From: Spirochaetia bacterium
GTDB lineage: Bacteria > Spirochaetota > Spirochaetia > SZUA-6 > Bin103
Reading direction: 5' to 3'
Length of the DNA: 64,000 nucleotides
Assembly: GCA_965208575.1 (NCBI GenBank)
Contig: CBDBOV010000002.1
Coordinates: forward strand, 1 to 64,000
In this document: positions 9,883-22,360 of the stretch, piece by piece
Layout: each line of letters starts with the position of its first letter
Position numbering within the stretch: the first letter of the stretch is position 1
Position numbers and translations under genes: made by a program
The notes under the pieces: generated by a model
Databases searched by the model: none
Told to the model about the DNA's origin: nothing
The model's input: the letters and a program-made list of their open reading frames with translations, nothing else

Positions 9883-11253
9883 ATGAGCAGCATTTCAGGA
9901 CGGCCCGCGCGGGTCGCCATCGTGGGCAGTGGCCCTTCCGGATTCTACGCGGCCGACGCACTGATCAAGGCCGACCAGGACGTGACCATCGACATGTACG
10001 ACCGCCTGCCGACGCCGTTCGGCCTGGTTCGCGGCGGTGTCGCCCCCGACCATCCCAAGATCAAGAACGTGATCCGCATCTACGAGCGCACCGCCAAGGA
10101 TGCCGCGTTCAGCTTCCTCGGCAACGTGCTCGTGGGCCGCGACGTAAGCGTGGAGGAACTGCGCGCGCACTACGACGCGGTGATTTTTACCTGTGGGGCG
10201 GAGACCGACCGCACCCTGAACATTCCCGGCATCGAGCTGCCCGGCAGTCACACGGCGACCGAATTCGTGGGCTGGTACAACGGCCATCCGGACTACCTGG
10301 ACCGCTCCTTCGACCTGTCGCAGGAGGTGGCGGTGGTGATCGGCCAGGGCAACGTTGCCGTCGATGTCACGCGCGTGCTCGCCAAGACGGTGGACGAACT
10401 GCAGGACACCGACATCGCCGCCCACGCGCTCGACGCGCTCGCCGCGAGCAAGGTGAAGGAAGTGCACATGATCGGGCGCCGCGGGCCGGTGCAGGCGGCG
10501 TTCACGAACAAGGAGATCCGCGAGCTCGGCGAGCTCGCCGACTGCGACCTGGTGTTCAACGACCTCGGCGACTTCGAGCTGAATCCGGCCAGCCAGGCCG
10601 AGCTGGACGACCGCGCGAACATCGGCGCCGGCCGCAACTGGAAGGTACTGGAGGAGTTGCGCGTCCTGCAGCCGGCCGGCAAGAGCCGCCGCATCGTCGT
10701 GCACTTCTTCCGGAGCCCGCGCGAGCTGACCGGCAACGGCCGGGTGCGGTCGCTGGTGCTGGAGCGCAACCGGCTGGCGGGTGAGGCGAACGACCAGTGG
10801 GCGGAGGGCACCGGCGAGACCGACACCATGGCGTGCGGGCTGTTCTTCCGCAGTGTCGGCTATCGCGGCGTGGAGATCCCGGGCGTGCCGTTCGAGGCGC
10901 GGCGCGGGGTGTTTCCCAACGAGGCGGGGCGTATCGTCGACGACGGCGCGCCGGTACCGGGCATGTACGCTGCCGGCTGGATCAAGCGCGGCCCGTCCGG
11001 GGTGATCGGCACCAACAAGCCCGACAGCGTGGAGACGGTGCGGAAGCTGCTGGAGGATCTGCCCTCGCTGCCCGGTTGCGCAACGCCGGACACCGGGTCG
11101 ATTCAGGATCTGCTCGGCTCGCGCGGCGTTCGGGTAGTCAGCTACGCCGACTGGCAGAAGATCGACGCCGCCGAGGTGGCGCGCGGCAAGCCAAACGGCA
11201 AACCGCGCGAAAAGCTCACCACCGTGGCGGAGATGCTCGCCGTTCTGGACTGA
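9883..11253 (+). CDS. fprA: NADPH:ferredoxin reductase (FprA/adrenodoxin reductase type)
   Basis: [42 protein letters not shown]; TTGACA-N16-TATGAT upstream (9778-9805). Confidence 0.92.
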   Translation: MSSISGRPARVAIVGSGPSGFYAADALIKADQDVTIDMYDRLPTPFGLVRGGVAPDHPKIKNVIRIYERTAKDAAFSFLGNVLVGRDVSVEELRAHYDAVIFTCGAETDRTLNIPGIELPGSHTATEFVGWYNGHPDYLDRSFDLSQEVAVVIGQGNVAVDVTRVLAKTVDELQDTDIAAHALDALAASKVKEVHMIGRRGPVQAAFTNKEIRELGELADCDLVFNDLGDFELNPASQAELDDRANIGAGRNWKVLEELRVLQPAGKSRRIVVHFFRSPRELTGNGRVRSLVLERNRLAGEANDQWAEGTGETDTMACGLFFRSVGYRGVEIPGVPFEARRGVFPNEAGRIVDDGAPVPGMYAAGWIKRGPSGVIGTNKPDSVETVRKLLEDLPSLPGCATPDTGSIQDLLGSRGVRVVSYADWQKIDAAEVARGKPNGKPREKLTTVAEMLAVLD

Positions 11254-11362
11254 CGCTTCCGAGATTGGTCGAACACGGTGCCGGTTTGAGCGAGCATCGC
11301 TGCCCACTGACGCTTCCGCAAGTGGTAGAACACGGTACCGGTTGAGCGAGCACCGCTGCCCA
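11249..11362. repeat. Two-copy 57-bp imperfect tandem repeat
   Basis: ACTGACGCTTCCG...GAACACGGT...TTGAGCGAGCA.CGCTGCCCA starting at 11249 and 11306. Confidence 0.9.
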
Positions 11363-11465
11363 GCCCGCCGTGCCGGACAGCAGGGCGGCATTCTGCAGCA
11401 TTACACCGGCGGCCATGCCGGCTATCCGCGCGCCTGCAGCACCCGAGCCTCGCGATCGACGGGCG

Positions 11466-11981
11466 TTACGTGGCCAGTTCGGCGAGCAGCTCCAGTTCGG
11501 CGGCCTGCAGCGACTCGAGCACAGCCACGGAAGCCGATCCGTGGCGCGAGGCAGCCGCGCACAGATCCACGAACGTGAACGGATCCCAGCGTTCGGTGAG
11601 CGCGGCAAGTCCGGATTCCTGCTCGCCGCCGGCCTCGGCAAGCACCGAGCCGGCGCGCCGGGACATCTGCACGAAGCCGGGGTGTGCGCCCACCCTCCGG
11701 AACCAGTACTTGCTGTTGGAGAAGTCGCCCTCGCGGCGGTGCATGGTGCCGTGCAGCCAACTTCCGAACGCGTCGGGCAAAGCCTGCGACAGGGTGTGCG
11801 ACGCGTCGAGGTCGTCGTTCCAGAGCAGCAGGGCGCTCGCCGCCGCCGGCTGCAGGTCCGCCGCGGCGATGCGCCGGCTCAGGTCCCGGCTCCACGGCGC
11901 CGCCGGACACAGCGGCGGCAGCGGCTGCCGGGTGCGCAGTTCGGCGCTGATCTCCCGCACCAGGGCGCGCAACTCGGTCAT
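11466..11981 (-). CDS. Conserved hypothetical protein
   Basis: LLLWNDDLDASHTLSQ...HGTMHRREGDFSNSKYWFRRVG looks like a conserved family motif; coupled to the upstream gene. Confidence 0.75.
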   Translation of the reverse strand: MTELRALVREISAELRTRQPLPPLCPAAPWSRDLSRRIAAADLQPAAASALLLWNDDLDASHTLSQALPDAFGSWLHGTMHRREGDFSNSKYWFRRVGAHPGFVQMSRRAGSVLAEAGGEQESGLAALTERWDPFTFVDLCAAASRHGSASVAVLESLQAAELELLAELAT

Positions 11982-12229
11982 CCTGTTACCTCCAAGCCGA
12001 ACGGCAGCGACGGCAGGGCGCCCACCAGGCCGCGCAGCCGGTCCGGCGTCATGTCCACGTGCACGGTGCCGTTGAGCATCAGGTTGGGCCCCTCTTCGCA
12101 GTGTCCGAGGCAGCCGCAGCGCTCCACGGTCAGGTCGGCGCGCGGACGGTCCTCGGTTTCGGCAAGCAGGTCGCTCGAGAAGTTGACGCCGCAGGTGGGG
12201 CCGACGCAGATGCGCAGATTGTGGCTCAT
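11978..12229 (-). CDS. Thioredoxin-like [2Fe-2S] ferredoxin
   Basis: CVGPTC...CLGHCEEGPN. Confidence 0.85.
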   Translation of the reverse strand: MSHNLRICVGPTCGVNFSSDLLAETEDRPRADLTVERCGCLGHCEEGPNLMLNGTVHVDMTPDRLRGLVGALPSLPFGLEVTG

Positions 12230-13560
12230 GCGACGGCGGCCGCGGCCAGGCGCTCGATCGTGGAGTAGGGGAACAAGCCGGTGCTGTGGCCGTCGCTCCA
12301 GGTGATCGACAAGGCGTAGTTGCCGACCGTCCGCACCTCCTTCGCCCGGATGTCCGCCGCAATGGCCGCCGGGTCGGCGGTCCGCTCGCCGGTGTACTCG
12401 TTGACGCAGTGGGCGCATCGGCAACTGATGCGCAACTCGCGGTTGGCGACCGACACCGTCTTGCCGTCGGCCCACCGCAGGGTGATGGCACGGTCATCGT
12501 GTTCGACGCCGATGCTCTCCTGCGCCACCGATGCCTTGCCGAGGGCGCGTACCATCCGGTCGGCGGCGTCCGCGATCTCCGGCAGTTCGAACTCGTCGCC
12601 GAAGGTGCGTCCGTAGCGCTGCGGGTCGAGCGGCAGCCGGCCGAGCACCTCCACGCCGAACCGCTCCTGGAGCTGCCGGACGCCGTCGCTGCCGAACACG
12701 GCGTGACGTTCACCGCCGGCTTCGAACCAGGCCATGTTCTCCACCACGCCGAGCACCGGCACGCTCACCTTGTCGAACATCACGATGCCCTTGCCGACGT
12801 CCGCGAGCGCCAGCGGCTGCGGCGTGGTTACCACCACGGCGCCGTTCAGTTGCGCCGCCTGGGTGATGGTGAGCTGAATGTCACCGGTGCCGGGCGGCAG
12901 GTCGAGGAACAGGTAGTCCAACGTGCCCCACTGCACGCCGTGCAGCAACTGCTGGATGTAGTTGGTGACCATCGGTCCGCGCATCACCGCCGGCGCGTCG
13001 CCGAGCCAGAAGCCGAACGACATCAGCTTGAGCGCGCCGACCTGGGCCGGCAGCAGCGTGTTGCCGGGACCCGCCTGCAGGTCCAGGTCGCGGCAGTCGA
13101 ACAGGGTCGGTATGGACGGTCCGAAGATGTCGGTGTCCAGCAGCCCGACGCGATGGCCGCGCTGCGCAAGTTCGCACGCCAGCGCCGCCGCCACGGTGGA
13201 CTTGCCCACCCCGCCCTTGCAGGAGGCCACCGCAATCAACGCTCCCACGCGGTCGAGTCCGCTCTCCCGGGCGGCCCCCGGCCGCCGCGCGGCGGAGCGG
13301 GCGGCCGCGGCCGGCTGCGGTGCGCTGGTGATGGTCACGGTGACCGACCTGGTCCCCGGCAAAGCTCCCACCAGCCGTTCCGCCTCCGACTTGAACTGGT
13401 CGCGCACCGGGCACGCGGGCGTGGTGATGCGAATCTCCACCAGTACGTGCCCGTCTTCGATTTCCAGACTGGTGATGAAGCCGAGCGCCACGATGTCGCG
13501 CCCCAGATCGGGGTCGACGATCTGCGCCAGCGCGCCCAGTACCTGTTCCTTGGTAACCAT
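12226..13560 (-). CDS. mrp: Mrp/NBP35 Fe-S carrier ATPase with N-terminal DUF59 and C-terminal DUF971-like domain
   Basis: DPDLGRDIV..TTPACP, KGGVGKST, DLPPGTGD, C-terminal CRCAHC...GNYAL.ITWSDGHSTG. Confidence 0.9.
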   Translation of the reverse strand: MVTKEQVLGALAQIVDPDLGRDIVALGFITSLEIEDGHVLVEIRITTPACPVRDQFKSEAERLVGALPGTRSVTVTITSAPQPAAAARSAARRPGAARESGLDRVGALIAVASCKGGVGKSTVAAALACELAQRGHRVGLLDTDIFGPSIPTLFDCRDLDLQAGPGNTLLPAQVGALKLMSFGFWLGDAPAVMRGPMVTNYIQQLLHGVQWGTLDYLFLDLPPGTGDIQLTITQAAQLNGAVVVTTPQPLALADVGKGIVMFDKVSVPVLGVVENMAWFEAGGERHAVFGSDGVRQLQERFGVEVLGRLPLDPQRYGRTFGDEFELPEIADAADRMVRALGKASVAQESIGVEHDDRAITLRWADGKTVSVANRELRISCRCAHCVNEYTGERTADPAAIAADIRAKEVRTVGNYALSITWSDGHSTGLFPYSTIERLAAAAVA

Positions 13561-13955
13561 GTTCCTTCGGTCAATCTACGCCGAAACAGATTGCGCGGCC
13601 AGCATGCCCGAGCCCGTGCCCGGGTCCCGAGCGCCCGCGCCGCCGCGGTCCGGATGGACAAGCCGTCCCCGGCGCGGTACCGTCCCGCCAGTGTCGCGGC
13701 GCTTGCCGTGAAGGTACGGTTCCGACATGATTACGCCTGATGAAGTGACGCAAAAGTGACACCCAATACGATTTCTGATGATGCCCGAAATGCACGCATT
13801 TTCCTGTAATGACATGATTTTGAACCCTGAATGGACCTAGCTTTCCCGAACTGCGCTGATGTTCGATGATCGGTGGGCTACACTCGCCGGCAACTGAACA
13901 CTGGACGAGATCTGTGGAATACGCCGACGAAGGTGTGACTGAAGCGAAGCCGGTA

Positions 13956-14966
13956 ATGCGGTTCGCGTACCGTGAGTTTGTGACACCGCCCATGTCGATG
14001 CTGGCACTCGGCATCGGCATGAGCATGATTGTCCTCTATGCATTCGTTGGACCGTTCGACACGCGCAACACGCTGAATTGGAACGGCCGTCTTGCCTATT
14101 GCGTCGTGATCGGCGCTCTGTGTTTGCTCATCTGCTACCCGGCGATGGTGCTGACGCTTTTCATTGCGCGGTTCCGATCGAACGTGCAGATGATGTTGGC
14201 GCTGGCCGTGTACAGCATGGTCATGGCGGTGCCCTGCGGTGCCATCGCCTACGGGGTGTACGGATTGTTCCACGGCACCCCGCGGCCGCTCGCCGAGCTG
14301 CCGGCGACCTACCTGATCTGCGCCGCGAACATCATCGCCGCAACGGCGCTTGCGTACTGGGTTCTGCAGCTGCGCATGAGCCGGAATCAGCTGCTTGCCG
14401 CCGGCGCGCCGCCGTCGGGCGCGCGTCCGCCGTCCCCGGGTCGCCCTGCCGCCGCCACGGCGCACCCCGCGGCACCCTCGGCGCCGGTCGTTCCCGAGCG
14501 TGCGTCTCGGCACGTGTCCGGCGATGGCGGCAGCCACGAGACTCGGTCCGGGACCGAGCCGGCGGCGGATTCGGCAGATTCGACAGATTCGTCAGAGCCC
14601 GCTCCTGCCAGTTTCCTGGACCGGCTTCCCGTGCACCTCGGCAGGGACGTGGTTTATCTCAAGGTTTCCGGCCACTACCTGGAGGTAGTTACGACGCAGG
14701 GATCCGGCGTCATCCTGCAGCGGCTCATGGATGCGGTCCGCGAACTCGGCAGTACAGGCATGCAGATCCATCGCTCCTACTGGGTGGCGCATCACCACAT
14801 CAGATACGTCGTGCGCCGCGACCGCCGGACGCTGTTGCACCTGACCGGCGATTACGAAGTACCGGTGAGCCGTACGTTCCTTCCCGAAGTGCGGCATCGC
14901 ATCAAGCCGCAGGCGGCACGCAGGCACCGCGGCCCGGGCCATCCCGAGCAGCAGACCAGCTTGTAG
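13956..14966 (+). CDS. Membrane-bound LytTR family regulator
   Basis: Four TM segments, Pro/Ser linker, LytTR domain (GHYLEVVT, QIHRSYWVA, VPVSRTF); start uncertain (13866-13992). Confidence 0.85.
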   Translation: MRFAYREFVTPPMSMLALGIGMSMIVLYAFVGPFDTRNTLNWNGRLAYCVVIGALCLLICYPAMVLTLFIARFRSNVQMMLALAVYSMVMAVPCGAIAYGVYGLFHGTPRPLAELPATYLICAANIIAATALAYWVLQLRMSRNQLLAAGAPPSGARPPSPGRPAAATAHPAAPSAPVVPERASRHVSGDGGSHETRSGTEPAADSADSTDSSEPAPASFLDRLPVHLGRDVVYLKVSGHYLEVVTTQGSGVILQRLMDAVRELGSTGMQIHRSYWVAHHHIRYVVRRDRRTLLHLTGDYEVPVSRTFLPEVRHRIKPQAARRHRGPGHPEQQTSL

Positions 14967-15045
14967 CCAGGCTCGGCCGCCGCTGCCCGCCGGCTAGCGC
15001 CCCGAAATCGCCGCCTGCGGCGACGCTTCCGGCCCAACCGGCCTG

Positions 15046-15080
15046 CCTAGGAGCCTGTCGGAATCCGACAGCCTCCTAGG
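15046..15080. repeat. CTAG-bounded palindromic element, copy 1
   Basis: CCTAGGAGCCTGTCGGAATCCGACAGCCTCCTAGG; near-identical to 31034-31066. Confidence 0.85.
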
Positions 15081-16938
15081 GCAGATTCAGAGGCAGATCG
15101 AGCGCGTCCTCGGGTACCCGGTAGACCCGGTAGCTCCAGGCATCGAGGGCGCCCTTGAACATGGTCACCTGCATGTGCACGGTGCCGGTATCCGGGTCGA
15201 CTTCGCTCACCGCGATGGTGTTGTCCACCGCGACGGACCGGTCGGATGCGCCGCCACCCCAGTTGATCAGCCAGTGCACCTTGCCGCCGAAGGCGTCCAG
15301 CACGTGGACGCCGCCACGGTAGGGGAAATAACCCTGGCCGTCAGGCGCCCGGTACTCGCGCTTGTAGACCGCATGGGTGCCGGAGGAAATGTCGTATTCG
15401 ACCGCGCGCGAGAACGGCGCGCTGTGCTTCCTGGTGCCGATGCATTGGACGCCGTTGTCGTACATCACGACGGTTTCGGAAGAGGTCAGCGTGACGTGGT
15501 GCTGCCCACAGAACTCCTCGACCGCGTCCGGACTGTCCATCATCTCCAGGAATTCCGCGCCGGAGTCCGCGTCCGGAGCGGTGCCGCCGAGCTTCCACTC
15601 CACGGCGCCGGTCGAGCCGTCGATGCGCAGCACCTGGGAACAGCCGCGCAACGAGGCCACGAAGTCGCCGTCCGCGAGCAGTTGCAGCCCATTGAGGTGG
15701 GCGTAGGTGTCGGGGTATTCGCCCACCCTGCAATCACGGCCTACCTGGAGCACATCTCGATGGTCCCAGGAATTCCACGTGAATTGCGACTCCCCCGCCG
15801 CCGTCCTGCGCTGGATCACCGAGTCGCGCGTACGCTGTGACGCCGATCCACCATACTCGCCGAAGTCGCGCAGTTCGTCGTCGTAGTAGGACAGCAGCAT
15901 GTACCGTTCATCGTGTTCGTCCCCGGCGACCTGAAAGTCGTGCCCGTCGGTCTGCGACAACGGAGCCACCGTGGTCACGGTCGACGTCACCTCGAGCTCG
16001 TCGTTGAGCAGGTCGATCTGCCAGTTGCCGAATGCGGAGTCGGCAACATTCAGGAGCGGCCGCCGGGAAACCGAAAAGCGGCCGCCGCCGTGATACTGGA
16101 AGTTCATCGCCCAGAAATTGGCGTCGGTAAGCAGGCGGTGGAAGCGGGGCACGCCGTTGTTGTCGAGCACCGCCAGGTAGGTGACGCGGTCGTGGTACCC
16201 TCCGTAGGTTGGCGTCATGAGCAGCAGCCCGTCCTTGACCTGGTCGGTCCTGGTGACGTTGACCGCAGGGAAGGCGGCGGGCAGGCAGTGCACGACGTAG
16301 GTGGCGGTTTCGCCGCCGGCGCTGACCTCGATTGCGAGGTCGTGGTCTTCGTCGACCGTGACGCTCGCACTCAGGGCGCCGCTGGCGGAGACTGCAGGAT
16401 CGACGCTGTCGCCGCTGTCGGCGCTGTCGGCGCGCAGCAGGGTCAGTTGCGCGCCGTGGTGCTCGGTCTCCGCCGCAACGCTGAGCGTGGGTGACTCGCT
16501 GCAGTACAGCGCGTAGTGCAGTATGTCGCCCGCGAACGCCGGATACATGGCGCCGTCGCCGCCGGACACCACCAGGGAGGACAGCTCCACCATGACCGGA
16601 TCGGGCGGGTCGACCGTGCCGAGCTGGTTCTCGCCGGTGCCGGGCGAGGTTGCTCCCGGTTCGGCGGCGGTTCCGTCCGGGCCGGGAGCGTTGTCGCCGG
16701 CTTCGGGCTGCGCGCCGACCACACCGGCCCGAGTTTCGTCCTCGGCGGCTTCGGTGTCGGCCGGAGCATCGCCGGCTTCGATGGCAGCCGTGCACGCGCC
16801 CAGGATCAGCGCGCTCAGCGCCGCCGCGAGCAGCGCCTGCACGGCGGGTGCACGCCGCCGGGACGAGGGACTTCGCCGCGGTCGGGACTCGAGTGAGGCT
16901 GTCTGCCGGCTCGGACGCACAGTGACGCAGGATACCAC
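15076..16938 (-). CDS. Arylsulfotransferase (ASST)-like beta-propeller lipoprotein
   Basis: Lipobox LILGAC; DGHDFQ, YAHLNGL, ASLRGCSQV, FCGQHHV, YDNG motifs; true start may lie downstream of 16938. Confidence 0.75.
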   Translation of the reverse strand: MVSCVTVRPSRQTASLESRPRRSPSSRRRAPAVQALLAAALSALILGACTAAIEAGDAPADTEAAEDETRAGVVGAQPEAGDNAPGPDGTAAEPGATSPGTGENQLGTVDPPDPVMVELSSLVVSGGDGAMYPAFAGDILHYALYCSESPTLSVAAETEHHGAQLTLLRADSADSGDSVDPAVSASGALSASVTVDEDHDLAIEVSAGGETATYVVHCLPAAFPAVNVTRTDQVKDGLLLMTPTYGGYHDRVTYLAVLDNNGVPRFHRLLTDANFWAMNFQYHGGGRFSVSRRPLLNVADSAFGNWQIDLLNDELEVTSTVTTVAPLSQTDGHDFQVAGDEHDERYMLLSYYDDELRDFGEYGGSASQRTRDSVIQRRTAAGESQFTWNSWDHRDVLQVGRDCRVGEYPDTYAHLNGLQLLADGDFVASLRGCSQVLRIDGSTGAVEWKLGGTAPDADSGAEFLEMMDSPDAVEEFCGQHHVTLTSSETVVMYDNGVQCIGTRKHSAPFSRAVEYDISSGTHAVYKREYRAPDGQGYFPYRGGVHVLDAFGGKVHWLINWGGGASDRSVAVDNTIAVSEVDPDTGTVHMQVTMFKGALDAWSYRVYRVPEDALDLPLNLP

Positions 16939-16971
16939 TATCGCGCCTCGCTCGCACCCGTCAGCCCGGGC

Positions 16972-18878
16972 GAGCCAATTGCGCTGTAGCGGTTTTTTGG
17001 GCCGTTGAGCAGCCGGTCACACCAGAGAGCACGCGCCCGGGACGTTGACGGCGTCGCTGACGCTCGCCCGGCGCCGAATGACGGCTCTATCGAGTGTGCT
17101 GAGTGGGGTCCGCGAGGTGGGATCAAGCCTCATCCGTGGCTCAATGCACAGATCGGGACAGACCGGTCTCGCTGAGGAGCCGGTGGGATTGGGTTTCTTG
17201 GTGACCGGCGAGTGGCCGTCGGTCAGGCGGGTTTGACCAGACTCCGCAGGTTCTCTGGTTGGCCGGCGCGGATGCGCCCCACGGCCATCGCCAGCATGAT
17301 CGTCAGCGCCATGGTGACGCGCAGCTGCATCTTCGCCAGCCCGCGGATGCCCGGTCGCTCGAACCCGAAGCCGCCGGCCAACCGGCTGTTGACCCGCTCC
17401 ACGGCACCGCGCTGGTCGTAGAAGTCCTGCCACCGGTAGCTGGACCGCGCCACCGGCGTGAACACGCGCCGATCCTCGGCCAGCGGGATGCGCACCGCGT
17501 CGCTCACCGGGCACCGATCCATGCCCTTGCAGGTGACCCCCGAGTAGCGCGCCGGACAGCGATACTTGAGCGACTCGCGAGCCTGCTCGAAGCCGCCGTA
17601 GGCCATGCGGTGCAGTTCACCGGTCCGCGGGCACATGCAGGATACCTGGCCGTCGTGGGTATAGATCACGTTCTCCTGACCGCTCACCCGCTTGGTGAGG
17701 ACGCCATCCTGCTCCGCCTCTCCGTCCTTCCAGCAGTTTCGAATGTCGATGACCGGCTTGATCTGATGCTGTTGCCACAGCCGATTGATCAGCTTTTGGT
17801 CGTCGTAGCCCTTGTCGGCGCTCAGGCGATCGCACCGTTGCAGCAGCTCGGGATGACGATCCTGCATCTGATCAAGCAGTCGCTGTGCCTGCGGCTGCTC
17901 ACCGGTCGACGCCTTGGTGACCTCGAACGCCAGCGGCACCTCGTAGGTGGCGTCCACGACCAAGTGCAACAGGTAGCCGAACCAGTAGTGTTTCTTCTTG
18001 CCTTTCTTCTCGCCCTTCTCGCCCTTCTTCTCGCCGGAACCCTTGACGCCCCAATCGGCATCGCGGTCGCGGCGCCCGTCGGTGTCTTCCTTGTTATCCT
18101 TCGGCACCGGATAGCTGCTCGGACCGTTGGCCAGGGAGTGCAGCTCCTTGCCGTCCAGCGCCTGTACCTGGCCCAGGTCCGGCAGCTCAATCCGGAGTTC
18201 GTCGAGGGTGCTGTGGAACAGCTCATCGATCTGCCCCTGATGCTTGCGCAGCCGGCGCTGGAAGCGGGTATAGGCGTATTCGCTGGGCACCGCCCGTGCG
18301 CCGTCGAACGGGTCGAACCCGCACAGGTCTCGCAACTGCGCGTTGCGCAGCAACTCGCGCCGCAAGGCGGCGATGCTGGGATGCTGGAACACGAAGCCGG
18401 CGATCAGCGAGTTCCACATCGGGCGCACCGGATAATCGTTGCGACCGCGACCGCGACCGGCTTCCAGCAGTTGCATCAGCGGCTCGTCGGGGAGCGCGTC
18501 GAGCACCAGCGTCAGGCGTTCGAGATCACCCAACTGGTCGACGCTGTCCCAGCGGAACAGAAACGGATGTGGTATAGTGGCCATCGGCGGTTCTCCTGTT
18601 GTGAATTACTGTTCACTTGCCACTATGGCGAGTTACAGGAGAACCGTCAATTATTTTGTAGACAAACAGTTGCGATGTATCATCGGGGCCTTGACCGGCG
18701 CTCCCGACGCGCGTACAGGGGATCAGCAGGTCGTGGGGTAAGAAATACCTCCCCCTGGTTTCTGATCGCCTGCATCGGGCTTGCAGCAAGCGCAATTGCC
18801 TCGGTCACGGGGTAAAGAAAAAATCGCCCACTTCTATCTCGCTGCCCGCTTGGAACTTACCGACAGCGCAATTGGCTC
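16972..18878 (-). mobile_element. Complete insertion sequence, 1907 bp, 16-bp perfect TIRs, 5-bp TSD
   Basis: GAGCCAATTGCGCTGT (16972-16987) is inverted at 18863-18878; CGGGC is duplicated at 16967-16971 and 18879-18883. Confidence 0.92.
17223..18584 (-). CDS. DDE transposase (DUF772-type N-terminus; IS1182/IS5-like, family uncertain)
   Basis: GRNDYPVRPMW, ALDGK, SADKGYD, Y..R..VERVNSRL, RGLAKM. Confidence 0.9.
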   Translation of the reverse strand: MATIPHPFLFRWDSVDQLGDLERLTLVLDALPDEPLMQLLEAGRGRGRNDYPVRPMWNSLIAGFVFQHPSIAALRRELLRNAQLRDLCGFDPFDGARAVPSEYAYTRFQRRLRKHQGQIDELFHSTLDELRIELPDLGQVQALDGKELHSLANGPSSYPVPKDNKEDTDGRRDRDADWGVKGSGEKKGEKGEKKGKKKHYWFGYLLHLVVDATYEVPLAFEVTKASTGEQPQAQRLLDQMQDRHPELLQRCDRLSADKGYDDQKLINRLWQQHQIKPVIDIRNCWKDGEAEQDGVLTKRVSGQENVIYTHDGQVSCMCPRTGELHRMAYGGFEQARESLKYRCPARYSGVTCKGMDRCPVSDAVRIPLAEDRRVFTPVARSSYRWQDFYDQRGAVERVNSRLAGGFGFERPGIRGLAKMQLRVTMALTIMLAMAVGRIRAGQPENLRSLVKPA

Positions 18879-18942
18879 CGGGCGGCCCGCCCACTGGCGC
18901 CGCCTTCCGGGGTTGGGGTACATTGCGCGCATCCGCTTGGCA

Positions 18943-19601
18943 ATGCGTTGGTTGCTCGATCTGCTTTCCACGTCCATCGGCAAGAAGGTGCTGATGGCGC
19001 TCACCGGTTTGTTCCTGGTGCTGTTCCTCGCCGTGCACCTGTACGGCAACCTGTACCTGTACGTGGGTGAGGAAGCGTTCAACCACCATGCCGAGGCGAT
19101 CTCCGGCAGTGCGTTGATCCGCATCGTGGAGGTGGTGCTGTTCCTGGCGATCGTTGCCCACGCGGCAAGCGGAGTACAGTTGACCATCCGCAACCTGCGC
19201 GCGCGCCCGCAGCGCTACCGCGTGAAGCGGCGTGCCGGCTTCAGCACCCTGGCCTCGCGCAGCATGATCGTTTCCGGTGGCGTGGTGTTCATCTTCATCG
19301 TCGTGCACCTGCGCAACTTCTTCTATGAGGCGCGCTTCGGGCGTGCGGCCGCGGGCGACTCGCTGTACAAGGTGGTGACCGAGACGTTCGCGCTGCCCGG
19401 TTACGCGGCGCTCTACGTGATCGCGATGATCCTGCTCGGCCTGCACCTGGCGCACGGTTTCTTGAGCGCGCTGCGCACCTTCGGCATCGAGCACCGGCGC
19501 TACACGCCGCTGTTGCGCGCGGTGGGGCTGGTGCTGGCGGTGGGGTTCGCCGCCGCGTTCGCCTCCATGCCGATCGTATTCTTCGCCCGGAGCCTCGCGT
19601 G

Positions 19602-19602
<1 letters not shown>
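18943..19602 (+). CDS. sdhC: Succinate dehydrogenase/fumarate reductase cytochrome b subunit
   Basis: [19 protein letters not shown], five TM segments, heme His residues; directly upstream of sdhA. Confidence 0.92.
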
Positions 19603-21524
<1,922 letters not shown>

Positions 21525-21576
21525 CGACGCGAGCGAAGATGGCACGAACGACCGTACACACGGCGGGAGCGGCCGC

Positions 21577-22320
21577 ATGACACTGCACCTTGAGGTATGG
21601 CGCCAGCCGGGGCCCGAGGCGGATGGCGGCTTCGTGAGCTACGAGATGGACGAGGCGGTGCCCGACATGTCGTTTCTGGAGCTGCTCGACGTGCTCAACG
21701 AGCGGCTGGAGCGCGCCGGCGAGGAGCCGGTGGCGTTCGAGCACGACTGCCGGGAGGGAATCTGCGGGAGCTGCGGCTTCATGATCAACGGGCGCGCGCA
21801 CGGGCCGTTGCGCGGGGTGACCGTGTGCCAGCTCCACCTGCGCCACTTCCAGGACGGCGAGCGCATCGTGCTCGAGCCGTGGCGGGCACGCGCCTTCCCG
21901 GTGCTCAAGGACTTGGTCGTGGACCGCTCCGCCTTCGACCGCGTGATCCAGGCGGGCGGTTTCGTTTCCGTCAACACCGGCAGCGCTCCGGAGGCCAATT
22001 CCCTTCCGGTGCCGCGCGCCGACTCCGACCGGGCGATGGACGCCGCCGCCTGCATCGGCTGCGGCGCCTGCGTCGCCTCCTGCAAGAATGCCGCCGCCAT
22101 GCTGTTCGCCGGCGCCAAGGTCACCCAGCTCGCGCTGCTGCCGCAGGGCGCCCCGGAGCGCCGCCGGCGCGCCGCCGCCATGGTGGCAGCGATGGACGGA
22201 GAAGGCTTCGGCAACTGCACCAACGAGCGCGAGTGCGAGGGCGACTGCCCCAAGGAAATCTCGTTCGCCACCATCGCCCGCCTCAACCGCGAGTACCTCG
22301 CGTCCCGGCTCACCCGCTGA
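21577..22320 (+). CDS. sdhB: Succinate dehydrogenase iron-sulfur subunit
   Basis: [32 protein letters not shown]. Confidence 0.96.
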   Translation: MTLHLEVWRQPGPEADGGFVSYEMDEAVPDMSFLELLDVLNERLERAGEEPVAFEHDCREGICGSCGFMINGRAHGPLRGVTVCQLHLRHFQDGERIVLEPWRARAFPVLKDLVVDRSAFDRVIQAGGFVSVNTGSAPEANSLPVPRADSDRAMDAAACIGCGACVASCKNAAAMLFAGAKVTQLALLPQGAPERRRRAAAMVAAMDGEGFGNCTNERECEGDCPKEISFATIARLNREYLASRLTR

Positions 22321-22360
22321 CCCGCACGGCCGCCGAGCCTATCTACCGCGGCAACCGCGG

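Noticed and set aside
11249-11362. Possible mini-CRISPR
   Set aside because: Two whole-unit tandem copies with no unique spacer.
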